The notes beneath the pieces were generated by a model. It was not told the origin of the DNA, did no database searches, and was given only the letters and a program-made list of their open reading frames with translations. From the NCBI RefSeq assembly GCF_000143415.4, contig NW_003314383.1:435329-459191 (forward strand): DNA of 23,863 nt, in the 5' to 3' direction. This document shows, in pieces, positions 1-11,354 of this stretch. Position numbers and translations under genes: made by a program. Source of the DNA: Selaginella moellendorffii (lineage: Eukaryota > Plantae > Lycopodiophyta). Every line of letters begins with the position of its first letter. Positions within the stretch are counted from its first letter, which is position 1.

Positions 1-1037
1 ACGTTCTACGCCGCTGTATCCTTCCTCACACTGTCATCACTTCATGCCATAATTCACCTTAAGGCCACTTTTCATCTGAGGCAACAATTCGTTTGGTTCT
101 TCAAGCTGGCTATTGGTGGCCAACGCTTCACAAGGATGTTGCTACCTACGTTCAGACCTGTGATCCCTGCCAGGGTGCTGGTCGCCCAACTCACCGCGAT
201 CTGATGCCGCTTAATCCTCTGCTTCTGGTGCTTCCTTTTGAGAAGTGGGGCATCGATTTTGTGGGACCGATCAAGCCGGCCAGTCATCCTTCCTGTTGTC
301 GCTACATTCTCGTTTGCATGGACTACGTCACAAAGTGGGCCGAGGCTGAAGCTCTCACGGAAGATACAGCCAAGGTTGCGACTTTTCTTTACAAGAACAT
401 CATCATGAGATTTGGCTGCCCTTTGGAGCTGGTGAGTGACCGAGATACTCACTTCATCAATCAAGTGATCGAGACCTTGGTGGAGAAGTATGGCATCGCT
501 CATCGCTACCACCCTCGTGCTTGGTGCGCACCAACAAGATATGTGTGACATCATCATGAAGCTCGCAAGTGCTTCTCGCACAGATTGGGATCACCGTTTG
601 CTCGATGCACTCTGGGCATACCACGTTGCTTACAAGGTCACCACCAAAGCTTCACCGTTCCATCTTGTTTATGGACAAGAAGCCATCCTGCCGCTTGAGC
701 TCGAGATTATGGCTGTCGAGCACAACTTGGACTGGGACAACACTCTTCAAGCTCGACTGGACATGCTTCTACAGCTCGACGAGCGTCGACTTCTCGCTTT
801 CCAAGCTCGCGAAGCATGCCGCAATGGTATGATCGTCATTTGCGTGCTAAACATTTTTCTGCTGGTGGTTCTGCTGTATGATAGCAAGCACTGAAAAAAG
901 CATGGGAAACTACGTGTTCACTGGCTTGGGCCATATTGCATTGTTGAAGTTTTTTCTAACGGCTCAGTCCAGCTTGAAGATTTCAGTGGGAACTTCTTAC
1001 CAACTGGTGCTCACTTGCGCAAGTACCATGAGTGAGA
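1..1037 (+). pseudogene. Ty3/gypsy pol C-terminus (integrase), frameshifted and partly deleted; no chromodomain
   Basis: ORF 93-548 has the integrase Zn-finger end (YWWPTLHKDVATYVQTCDPCQ) and core motifs (PFEKWGIDFVGP, LVSDRDTHF). ORF 490-894 continues (WDHRLLDALWAY..YKVTTKASPFHLVYGQE). A GPY/F module GKLRVHWLGPYCIVEVFSNGSVQLED lies at ~905-980. The 5' end runs off the window. Confidence 0.92.
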
Positions 1038-1080
1038 TGAAGCTGCCATGGAGTTATGTGCTCTGGGACGGAGCCCAATA

Positions 1081-1369
1081 GGTGGGGGGTGATGTAGATT
1101 CCAACTTTAGTCATGTCACCAGTGGGATTGTATGTAATGTATGTCTGTCCTGAAGATTACCAAGAGGGAGTGGACCTGGGCTATGATGGTGCTGAGGCAC
1201 GTCAAGAAGAAGCTATGCTGTTGATGAGAAGCCAAAAACCAGCCTAAGAACCAGACACTCTGTGCTGCTGACCTACACAGCCGCAGGGCTGCCGGGGTTT
1301 CTGGTTCTTCAAGACAAACATCTTTATTCTTTATATATAATCCCTTTTTACTTCTCTCCTATCATGACA
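1081..1369 (+). mobile_element. Polypurine tract (1081-1092) and probable 3' LTR (1093-~1369) of the gypsy element
   Basis: GGTGGGGGGTGA is followed directly by TGTAG..., just downstream of integrase. Candidate end ...ATCATGACA at 1369 gives TG...CA and ~277 bp. The right boundary is inferred because no second LTR is in the window. Confidence 0.65.
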
Positions 1370-3050
1370 TGGCTAAAGTTGGAATATTCTCTCAGTTCTA
1401 CATGCACCATTCACGACTTGATTTTATCAACTTTTACATAGTGCATCACAGTGTTCATCTACAATTTCCTCTGGCTTCAAAATGCTGCACAAGCTTAATA
1501 TGGAAGAAATTCAAAAAGTCTTAGATTCAATGGAAAGAAAACTCTTAGAAAACAATTTAATTTGTGCAAAATGGGCAAACCACATTATATCGTTCAGTAT
1601 TATAACTTTATACTACAGAACTACTACATTACTTCACCTAGGGAATTTTATAGGAATTAACCAAACATGAAATTTCATTATATATATTTGACAATTACAA
1701 CTTTAGGGTTCTTTAGTATCCAAGTGGCATTATAATAATTACTGCCTAACTTGGTTTAGTTTCATAATGCCATACAAAATTATGTTCTATGAGGATGGAG
1801 CAAATTGATACTTCACTAATTCATAATAAGGAAGTGTTTTAAGTGTATAGAATATAGAAATGTACATATTTAATAAGCTTAATAACCTCAGATTATATAT
1901 ATGAATGAGTGGTCCAGATTAAAATCAATTTGACAACTATGAAAAACTATATAATAATTTTATATGGCATTATTATATCATCACCTCCTATTTAAATGAT
2001 GGAAGGGAAATAAGATTCTCCTATCGATAAGTTGAGATTTGGAAGAACATCAGGAGGACACACCATTGAATTTGTAGGTGGTGTAATTTCTTTTTAATCC
2101 TTTTATACATATATAATTTCTAGAGGATTTATTTGTTAAATATTATGTCAAATATTATAAACTTGTAATCTAACTTGCTGCAACACTCAATATAGTCCTT
2201 TCTATTAGGTATAGAGCCCTTTAAAAAAACCACTTATTATAAGATTAGGAAAAATAAACCAACACCAAATCATTCATATTGATGGATGATATGAGAGTTG
2301 TAGTATTATTATTATCCCACTTGTATGTGACTTAAGTATTTAGAAAACTCTACTTGAACCAGTAGAAAAATACTCATTAAATATTAATTTCAAGATTTAA
2401 CATCATTGGCAATCATAAAAATAAACTCAAATTGATTAGCAATATATGCATAACTATATATGAGTTTATATAATGAAGCACTAATAGAACTTTACACCCC
2501 ATAACATATGTGTACTAGAGAGATAATAAATAATCATCCCAATCTAAATATTAAAAGTTATATACTTTGCAATTATCCCCTTGAAGGTTTAAATGAGCAA
2601 TTCTACCAAACTATCTATTTATGGATACTAAACACTCATGAAAGTGTGGTATATCAACAGCCAAGACATTAAGATGTAAATTACCTTAACCATAAATGCA
2701 AAACTATTATCTAAAAGAATTCATTTCAAACAAGAATGCTAAAACATTACTTAATTAGAGAGGAAGTATTTAATAACAATTGTAAATGCATTAATAAGAG
2801 CACAAACTTCCACCTAAGAAGTTATGAGACCAGAAGCAATAATGACATATTCATTATTGGCAGTTAGTCATAAAAAAAATGTCACCAGCTCAAACAAATA
2901 AAAAATTACAAACACACAAAAAGGAGTGTTATGAGTTTAGCACCAAATAAAATTATACACATACAAGATGACTATAAAAAACAAATTCCCTAAGATGTTG
3001 TTAGCTATAAAATTAAGATCCAAATAATAAAAAGGTTTGATTAGATATAT

Positions 3051-3468
3051 CTAGGGCTGGATGTATTTAGGACTTAATATATCTGAGACCGAATTCAAAA
3101 CCGAGTTTAAAATATAGACAAAGATTGAATTCAAGACCAAATATAAATAGGGGTCAACTATAAAGGATAATAGCCCAAGAGTAAGAATGTCCTTTTTTTT
3201 CCAATTAGTTAAATGTTTTGGGATATTTGGAGTTAAATATCATTAATTTTGCATACTATTGGGTTAAATAACCTCTAAAACACTTGAGACCAAGTTTAAG
3301 TTTAAGTTTGAGTACTATTGAGTTAAGTAACCTTTAAGAACATTTCAGACCAAATCCAAGAAACAACTTTACAATCCCTACTATTTCTGTAGATTTCAAT
3401 GTTATTTCCTAACATTATATATTGCATGTGTAATTGCAAGTTTGTCTTGCTTTAAACCCTAGCCCTAG
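3051..3468. repeat. AT-rich degenerate repeat / possible MITE-like relic with an internal ~60 bp direct repeat
   Basis: CTAGGGCT (3051) and AGCCCTAG (3461-3468) are inverted. An imperfect tandem duplication TACTATTG(G/A)GTTAA.TAACCT...AGACCAA occurs at ~3253-3300 and ~3313-3360. No convincing TSD. Confidence 0.3.
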
Positions 3469-4107
3469 TAAGAAATGGTTTTAAAAAATTTAAAATGCAA
3501 ATTTAATTTATCAAATTAGCAACTTTGTGAATAATCTATAATAATAAGAACGAAGAACCCACACCCCCGCAGCCGTCCGATCCCAGGCCCAGGGCAGCCT
3601 CGAAAGCCATGGTTCTCAGCAAGGGGAGGCCAGCCCAGGCTCGGGCCAGGGCCGGTGGCCATGGTTGGCGGGAATATCGGCTCAATGTTGTGGCAGCCAA
3701 TGGGTGGGATGCACGCGTGGCTGGGAAGGGAAGAGGGCGTGGTGACAAGTGTTATGCCATGCACTCCTAGGGCTCCCTGGCTGCTCTGGTCGGACACGGT
3801 TGTGTGGGATTCCCATGAGAGCCTGTGCGTGGTAAGTAACAGGGGCGAGAGTAATGGTAGGATCAACGAGGCCTAGGCGAAGCAGGAGATGCTGGCTTAC
3901 CAGGCCCTGTGCCAAGCCGAGCTCATGAGGTCGGAGAAGACGCCCCACCGGACACAACCTGGCACCGCACCCAATCACCAAGAAGTCGAAATATTTCGTC
4001 GAGCTTCCATCCAGACGTGTTCTTGAATGGTGGCCATTCTGGTGTGAGGAAATCCTCCCATTTGCGGCAGCGTTCGGTATGATCCCTGTTGGAGATCTGC
4101 ATCTTTA

Positions 4108-4286
4108 CCAGTGGATTCATAGAACGCTACTCTTTGAAGGTATGGCATGGAGTCCCTCTTTTGCATTAGAGCGAATGTTGTGAAGGGGAGCTGACACCTC
4201 TCTGTGGGATTTGCAGGCGAGAGAAGATGTACCTCGGTGATTTTCACTTGAAAGTCGTCCATTTTCATCTTCACCCCATATTCCAA
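4108..4286 (-). pseudogene. BAHD acyltransferase N-terminal fragment
   Basis: MDDFQVKITEVHLLSPANPTERCQLPFTTFALMQKRDSMPYLQRVAFYES matches the typical transferase N-terminus (V.I.....V.P..PT....L.L...D......Y...L.FY). Similarity is lost after ~4110 and no HxxxD motif is seen. Confidence 0.7.
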
Positions 4287-4379
4287 ACAGCACGCATGGA
4301 TTGATTGGAGTCAAGTCATGTCACACAAGCAGACGAGACGATGGACTCTGGATATTAACACGTAAGGTGGTACACAGGA

Positions 4380-4634
4380 TTAATTCGTTTTGACTTTCTC
4401 ACTGAACTTCGCCATTGTTTCAGGAGGAAGGAACACCATGACTTCAATGGCTTTCCCACCTCTCGGTGACAGGTCATAGAAGTAGAAGCCGTTCCACAGC
4501 TTCGTAGCGTGTCGAACAGTGGCTGGTTTCCCCCATCCAAAGTCCAGACTATACATTGGAAATCTTGGAGAGCTGCTAGAGATTGGTAAACACAACATTG
4601 GAGTTATTTTGTTGTTCTTGAGTGTGCTTCGCAA
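4380..4634 (-). pseudogene. BAHD acyltransferase C-terminal fragment
   Basis: SSPRFPMYSLDFGWGKPATVR...GGKAIEVMVFLPPETM contains the diagnostic DFGWG motif and ends in a stop at 4380. The 5' part is missing next to the Helitron. Confidence 0.9.
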
Positions 4635-4739
4635 AAGTCTAATATTTTCCTTTCAGATCATTACATAGTTGTGAAATTTATATATATCCAACTGTAGTCT
4701 GCATTTCTATTCTGCATAAACTTCTATACAAACTCAATT

Positions 4740-7700
4740 AATATATATATATATATATAATCGAAGTGACTGAAAATGCTTCGCCTCTGCCATCTTTTGA
4801 GAACCATACGACATAGTAAACAATCTAATGGAGATTTAGATGCCTCTGAAACTATGATTGATCATGATACACATACTATAGCTGTTCAAAATAATCATGA
4901 TAATGATTCTATACACCAAAATATTAATCTTGATAATGACTATATACAGCAATCAGTTGTACACTCAGAAGCATCTGGAACCTTACATGCATGTCATTAT
5001 GACAATTACATATATCAAGCAATATTAAATCCACCACTCCCACCCATGAATACCACACTAGCAAGCCATAGCATTTATAATGACTTTAACATAATAAATT
5101 TTAATATTGGTAGTTTATCATTTGTTTGTACTTTTTGTAATGCATTGCATTTTAAAGATGAAAACTCTTCAATATGTTGCCAGAATAACCAAGTTATATT
5201 ACCTCCAATTTCACCCTTACCATTTGATTTACTTTCACTTTACAAGCAAAATAAGAACTCTAATTTTAAAACAAATATTAGACACTATAATAGTGCTCTT
5301 ACTTTTGCATCTATGTCTTCTAATATTGATATTGTAAAAGGTCATGGTCCTTATCGCTTTAAAATCCATGGTCAAATATATCATAATATTGTTTCAGCAC
5401 ATCCTTCTAAAGGTCAATATCGAACTTATGGACAACTTTATATGCTTGATACTCTAGAAGCTACAAATATAAGAAAGCAAAACCCTTTTAATTCAAGTTG
5501 TGAGACAAACTTACTTAAACATGATGTTCTCCTTCGTCATGTTAACCCATATGCTCAAGCTTTCAAAATGATGTATGAAATGGAACAAGAAGAAATTCAT
5601 TTTGCTACACTTTCAGGTTATCCTATACGTGGTGTTTACATGTTATTAAAAACTGAAGGAACTGATCCACGACGCTATAATGCTCCACGGACAAATGATG
5701 TTGCTGTTGTGTTTGTTAGTGATGATGGAGAACCGCCATATAGTCGTGAAATTTATATATATCCAACTGCAAGCAATTCTAAATGTATCTCAACACTTGA
5801 TTATAATTGTGATCCAATGGTTTACCCATTAATATTTCCTTTTGGTGACAGAGGTTGGCACAAAAATATTTTTAATTCTGGACGTCGAATTACATTGCTC
5901 CAATATTATGCATACCGTTTATCTATAAGAGACACAATACACTTTGGTTTTGATCAAATTTTACATGCAGGAAAACTCACACAACAATATATTGTTGATG
6001 CTTATGTAAAAGTTGAAAGCAATAATTTGAATTACTATCGCACTCATCAAAAACAATTGTGAGTTGAAATGTATACTGGTCTTATGGATTATGTTGCAAA
6101 CCGTGCTACTAATGAAAATATAAATCCGATTGTTATTTTACCTTCAAGTTTTGGGGGTGGCCTTAGAGCAATGCAACAAAATTATCAAGATGCAATAGCT
6201 ATAGTTACCCATTTTTCAAAGCCAGATCTTTTCATTACTTTTACATGCAATCCCAAATGGCCAGAAATTTCTAAAAACTTACATCCAAATGAAAGCCTTG
6301 AGGATCGTCCAGACTTGGTTTCGAGAGTATTTCATATCAAGCTTAAAGAATTTTTGAATGATATTACTAAAAAACATATTTTTGGAAATTGTATTACTTT
6401 TATATATGTAATTGAATTTTAAAAAAGAAGCCTTCCACATTGTCACTTTCTAGGGATTTTATCTCATGAAAACAAGATTAAAAACCGTAATGCTATTGAC
6501 CAATACATAACGGCACAATTGCTTGATCCTCAAAATGAACCTGAAATTTCTAAAATAATTACATCTCATATGATATATAGTCCTTGTAGGCTTCTTTACC
6601 CTAATATTCTTTGTATGGAAAATGGCACTTGCTCAAAAGGTTATCCAAAAAAATTTAATTATGAAACTACTTTTAGTGTTGATGGATATCCAGATTATTA
6701 TAGACCTAATAATGGTCGTACATTTCTAAAAAATGGGTGTTATATTGATAATTGTTGGGTAGTGCCTTATAATAAATACCTTTGTAAAAAATATAATGCT
6801 CATATTAATATTGAAATTTGTGCTACTATAAAAAGTATTAAGTATTTATTTCAATATGTTTATAAAGGTTATGATTGTGCTACAATTGAAATCCATTCAG
6901 CAACCCAACCTGATAATAATTTAAATTGTGATGAAATCTCAACATTTTTAAATACACGTTATGTATCTGCTCCAGAGGCAATATGGAGACTTTTTAAATT
7001 TAAAATGCATGGTCATTCGACCCCTATAATCCGTCTTCCTATCCATCTTCCAAATTTTCAAAACATCTATTTTATAGAAGGTTCTGAACAAATAGCACTT
7101 CAAAGAGCTACTCAAAATCGTACGATGTTGACAAAATGGTTTGAATTAAATATAAATGACCCAAATGCTAGACAATATACATATCCTGAAATTCCTTTAT
7201 ATTATACATTTAACCCTCATATTCATAACTGGCAAATTCGACATACAAGAAATGTCATTCACCGAATGTATTCTGTGTCACCATCTAATGTTGAACTATA
7301 TCATTTACGTTTTATTTTACTCCATAAAAAAGGTGCTACATCTTTCAAAGATCTTAAGACAGTTAATAATATTTATTATGACACATTTCAACAAGTTGCA
7401 AATGCAATGGGGCTTATAGCTGATGATACTGAATGGGAAAAATGTTTAGAAGATGTTTGCTGTTTTTTTAGAATGCCATCACAATTAAGACAATTATTTG
7501 TATTACTTTGTATCTTTTCACTCCAAAAGATCCTTACTGCCTGTGGGATAAATTTAAAGACTTCCTCTCTGAGGATTTCATGCAACTAAATTCAATTTTT
7601 CATTATGAACATGCTTTCCATGATATAAATATTAAAATGAAAATGCATAGCAAAACTAATCAAAACTATCATCTATCTATGCCGTCTGAAAATTTTGATG

Positions 7701-9164
7701 ATGAAAAAATTGTCAACTCAACACAAATATATCAAAATGTTGAACAAAATATTCCTTAATTTAATCAAGAACAGTTAAATATTTTTAATGATATTCTTAA
7801 TGTTATTGATTACCCAATTGAGCATAATTGATACATTTTCATTGATGGTCCTGGTGGTACTGGTAAAACATTTCTTCTTAACACTCTTATAAATATTTTA
7901 CAACTAAAAAAAATAAATGTTATTAGCATGGCTTAGACAGGAATTGCAAGTACTTTACTTTATAATGGCCGAACTTCACATACTACTTTTAAACTTCATG
8001 TTTCAATAAATGAAACATTAACTTCCACTATAACTGCTAATAGTGAAGCAGGTATAAGAATCAAAACTACTAATGTATTGTTATGGGATGAAATAAGTAT
8101 GGTTCACACTCATGCATTCACTACTGTTGATCAAGTGTTGCAAGACCTAAAAAATACATCATTACTTTTTGGTGGCATAATTGTTGTCACTAGCGGGGAC
8201 TTTAGACAAGCACTTCCAGTCATTCCACATGGACATAGGGCACAAATTGTTTTAAGTTTTATAAGAATGAATAAGTTATGGAGATTATTTAGAAAGTTAT
8301 CTTTGAAAACAAATATACGGCTTGCTGAAAGTGATAAATCATGGTCTGAATGGCTTTTCAAAGTTGGAAATGGTGAAAATTTTGAAAATTTACCATCTTT
8401 ACCTTCTAACTCCATTTTATTACCTCATACACAACTAATTTATTCATCAATTATTGATTTTGTCTACCCTTCAATACTTGATATTTCAAACTCTTATATT
8501 GTAGCCAACCGAGTCATACTTACCCCACTTAACGATGATACATTTGCAATCAACAACACTATTATCTCTAGATTACAAGGTGATACATACATCTACAAAA
8601 GCATTGATTTTGTTGACACTGAACATCCTGAAAATTTTCCAATAGAATTCCTAAATTTTATTACACCTTTTGGTCTCTCACCACATAAATTCTCTCTCAA
8701 ACAAGGTGCTATTCTTATCCTCCTAAAAAATATGTCTCCATCAACAGGATTATGCAATGATACATGTCTCATCCTGAAAAATGCACTACCAAATGTTTTA
8801 GATTGTGAAATTGTGATGGGGCAATTTAAAGGGACAAGAGTTTTATCACACTAATACCATCAAATACAGAAATTCCATTCAAAATGTCCAGATGACAATT
8901 TCCAATTCGTTTGGGTTACTGCTTAACAATCTCCAAATGCCAAGGATAGACATTTGACTGAGTTGGAATTTACTTGCCCCACCCAGTTTTCACTCATGGG
9001 CAACTTTATGTGGCTTTATCAAAATGCACATCACCACATGGATTTAGAATTAAAGTTTAAAACACCACACGCCAAGGCCACCTCTTACAATTAACACTGT
9101 CTATAAAGAGGTTTTATATTGAACCTCTTTGTAAACAACCCAGCATTTGCTGGGCAAGTACTCG
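4740..9164 (+). mobile_element. Helitron rolling-circle transposon, ~4.4 kb, now defective
   Basis: It encodes Rep-helicase. The 3' terminal hairpin CCCAGCA-TT-TGCTGGG (9139-9154) is followed by CAAGTA-CTCG|T (end 9164). The 5' end is approximate, near the (AT)n tract at ~4740-4759. Confidence 0.88.
4776..9117 (+). pseudogene. Helitron RepHel (HUH endonuclease + PIF1-family helicase), intronless, disrupted by stops and frameshifts
   Basis: Zn-finger CTFCNALHF..CC. Rep motifs KPDLFITFTCNPKWPEI, VIEF*KRSLPHCH and KYLFQYVYKG. Walker A FIDGPGGTGKTFL (~7838-7876), Walker B LWDEISM, GDFRQALPV, and C-terminal QFPIRLGYCLTISKCQG..VFTHGQLYVALS. Stops at 6060 (TGA), 6420 (TAA), 7757 and ~7934; frameshifts near 7465 and 8850. 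Confidence 0.95.
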
Positions 9165-9556
9165 TATTATATGGTTGAAAGACCAACCAAATATCTTCAA
9201 GAAGTAAGTCAATATTTTTGGTATGTGAAGCCAGAATGTTTCAAAATTTCTATAGTTAAAATATATTGTTGAAGTGGATGGGAAGCATAGTGCCAAGAAG
9301 CCTAATAAAGTAAGTTGAGATGATGACAAAACTTCAAATAGTTTTCACAAGAAAAACAAATATAGCTTTTATAGTAAAATGCTAGTTTAACTTATTTCAC
9401 ATGTTTACCAAGTTTTATTTATAACCTTCAAATATAATAAACTATACAGATTAACTTCTTAATTGTATAACATAGGCCAAATATTGGTGTTTAAAATTTT
9501 TGGTTTACTTAAGCAAACCTGTGTAGTTATAGAATATGATTGGATATTATAAAAAC

Positions 9557-9583
<27 letters not shown>
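9557..9583. repeat. (TTA)9 microsatellite
   Basis: Directly visible perfect trinucleotide repeat. Confidence 0.9.
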
Positions 9584-9587
<4 letters not shown>

Positions 9588-9995
9588 AAAAATAATTTAT
9601 AAGATTTCCTAAACACTTCTTAGAACAAGAAAATAGTCAGTAATATACAGATTCCATCCACACAAATGGTGGCCCCAGCAAGAAATCAAACCATACACAA
9701 ATGCTAGCTATGGTTGATACACAATAAGATTAATCTGAATGATCAACAAAAGAACATTCTTTGTTTAGTGTTATTTTTGTTTAGGATTAATAAATAGTCA
9801 AATTTATTAATAATTATAAACATGTTTATAATTTATAAATCAAGATTAATCTTTATTAAATGATAGAATAATATAAGATTTAAATATGTTTATAAACTAA
9901 ATTGAATAACAACCATTAGATGGTAGAATATTCTATGTTATCTATACAGCAAATTATAAAAATAAGATTAATTTAAATGTATATTATAGAATATA

Positions 9996-10334
9996 CTAGA
10001 ACACCGTAGACGAAAAAAGCTCAGCATATTCACGCTTAAGGACCACAGAAACGTTTGCTCTCACTTCAAAAAAGGAAGGGTAAGGAATTAAAAAGACAGA
10101 CTTACTCCTGAAGATGCTTGCTTGTTTCTCCGTCAACAAAGCATAGATGGATTTCTCGTGGCAACCCAAGTAGACAGGACGCACTGGGCCAGGAAGCATA
10201 TTGAGCAATTCCACATAGGGCGTGATATTCTCAGGCTCTGGAATCAAGAACAATTTGAGATGATGATCTGGAGGTATTTTGACCGCATCTATTAGGAGAA
10301 GCGCCACAAGCAAGAGAAATTGAGACTTCCACAT
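9996..10334 (-). CDS. Small secreted protein, probably peptidase inhibitor I9 / subtilase-propeptide-like (copy 1, intact); probable 42-nt intron at 10064-10105
   Basis: Signal peptide MWKSQFLLLVALLLIDA. YALLTEKQASIFR resembles the I9 F(S/A)A.LT.EQA..L motif. The GTAAGT...TTGAAG intron is positionally conserved in copy 2, where the unspliced form contains a stop. Spliced C-terminus: ...IFRMRANVSVVLKREYAELFSSTVF*. Confidence 0.6.
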   Translation of the reverse strand: MWKSQFLLLVALLLIDAVKIPPDHHLKLFLIPEPENITPYVELLNMLPGPVRPVYLGCHEKSIYALLTEKQASIFRSKSVFLIPYPSFFEVRANVSVVLKREYAELFSSTVF

Positions 10335-10403
10335 AGTGCTGTTAGGTTAGGAAAACGCGTGCCCCAATAGGACTAAAAATCTTCTATTCAACAAAAGATT
10401 AAG

Positions 10404-10909
10404 ACTCTTCTCAACACGCTCCATGTCACTTGCTCGGTGCAGGGCGGTGATGTCAGTGATCCAACATATCTCAAGAATCGCTTGCCTCCAACATTGAGCA
10501 GCGAGGGATCCACCACTTGAACATCTTGCTCGCCACTCAGCTCAAGTTACCAAAACGACGAAAAAAACTAAAGATCTCTGTTTACCTGATCGATAAAAGG
10601 GTCGTACTCGGATCCAATCGTGTACATGACAGCGACGGACAAGATGCCCACGAGATGCTTCTCATTCACAGTGTCGCTGTGAACATGGATGTGATACTCG
10701 CTACAAGGATGATATGGATTCAGGAGATACATACTGCTATGTCGTGGTCGAGATTGGTGAGTGGCATTCGCTGGTTTGTATCTCGTCTGGAGCAGCTTCA
10801 AAGAGCACACTGGTTGGAGCCTCTCGGATTGAATGTCCACCGGAGATTGCATTCTGCCACTGCTGCAAACCCTCCATTCTTTTACCCAAGTTTCCCCAGT
10901 TTGCCTAGC
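10404..10909 (-). pseudogene. Alpha-carbonic anhydrase pseudogene (copy 1)
   Basis: Manual translation gives NWGNLG/EWRVCSSGRMQSPVDIQ..YKPANAT/TNLDHDIA, EYHIH..TVN, VAVMYTIGSEYDPFIDQ and RFLRYVGSLTSPPCTEQVTWSVLR. There are several frameshifts and deletions, and the last two exons are missing. The 5' end falls in the N gap. Confidence 0.9.
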
Positions 10910-11048
10910 NNNNNNNNNNNNNNNNNNNNNNNNNNNNNNNNNNNNNNNNNNNNNNNNNNNNNNNNNNNNNNNNNNNNNNNNNNNNNNNNNNNNNNNNNNN
11001 NNNNNNNNNNNNNNNNNNNNNNNNNNNNNNNNNNNNNNNNNNNNNNNN
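10910..11048. other. Assembly gap
   Basis: Run of N. Confidence 1.
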
Positions 11049-11169
11049 TCTCTCCATCTCTCCTAAACCCCATTAACACTTTAGTCAGCCGTGATCCGTG
11101 GAACGCGAAAAAATCCTTTTGAGTTGTGAATGTGGCACGGCCTTTGGACGCGGGGTCCCCAAAATAAAT

Positions 11170-11354
11170 AAAGCATCAGCATCAGAATCTTATGGGTTTC
11201 TTCCTGCGCGTTGGGTGCTGGGCGCCTCTCAGGTACGTTTTTCTCCCCTCATGGCGAGGATTTGGGCGCTCTAAAAAGAAATGCGAGCTGCACGGGTGTT
11301 CATCCAGTGTCTCCTTTCTTCTCTTCTAGCCTGCCGAGAATGGCCAGATGCATG
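11170..11354 (+). repeat. Dispersed repeat, copy A (homologous to 17407-17565)
   Basis: Shared blocks AAAGCATCAGCATCAGAAT, GCCTCTCAGGTACGTTTT, GGCGCTCTAAAA.GAAATGCGAGCTGC and CTCTTCTAGCCTG.CGAGAATGGC.AGATGCATG. Confidence 0.85.

Noticed and set aside
72-581. 169-aa minus-strand ORF
   Set aside because: Antisense shadow of the gypsy integrase.
1370-3050. AT-rich region as a LINE or DNA-transposon relic
   Set aside because: No diagnostic motifs or termini found; too degenerate to call.
3516-4100. GC-rich island with short ORFs on both strands
   Set aside because: No identifiable protein similarity. Probably a TE or gene fragment.
10517-11122. Plus-strand ORFs spanning the gap
   Set aside because: Antisense to the carbonic anhydrase and artificially extended through Ns.
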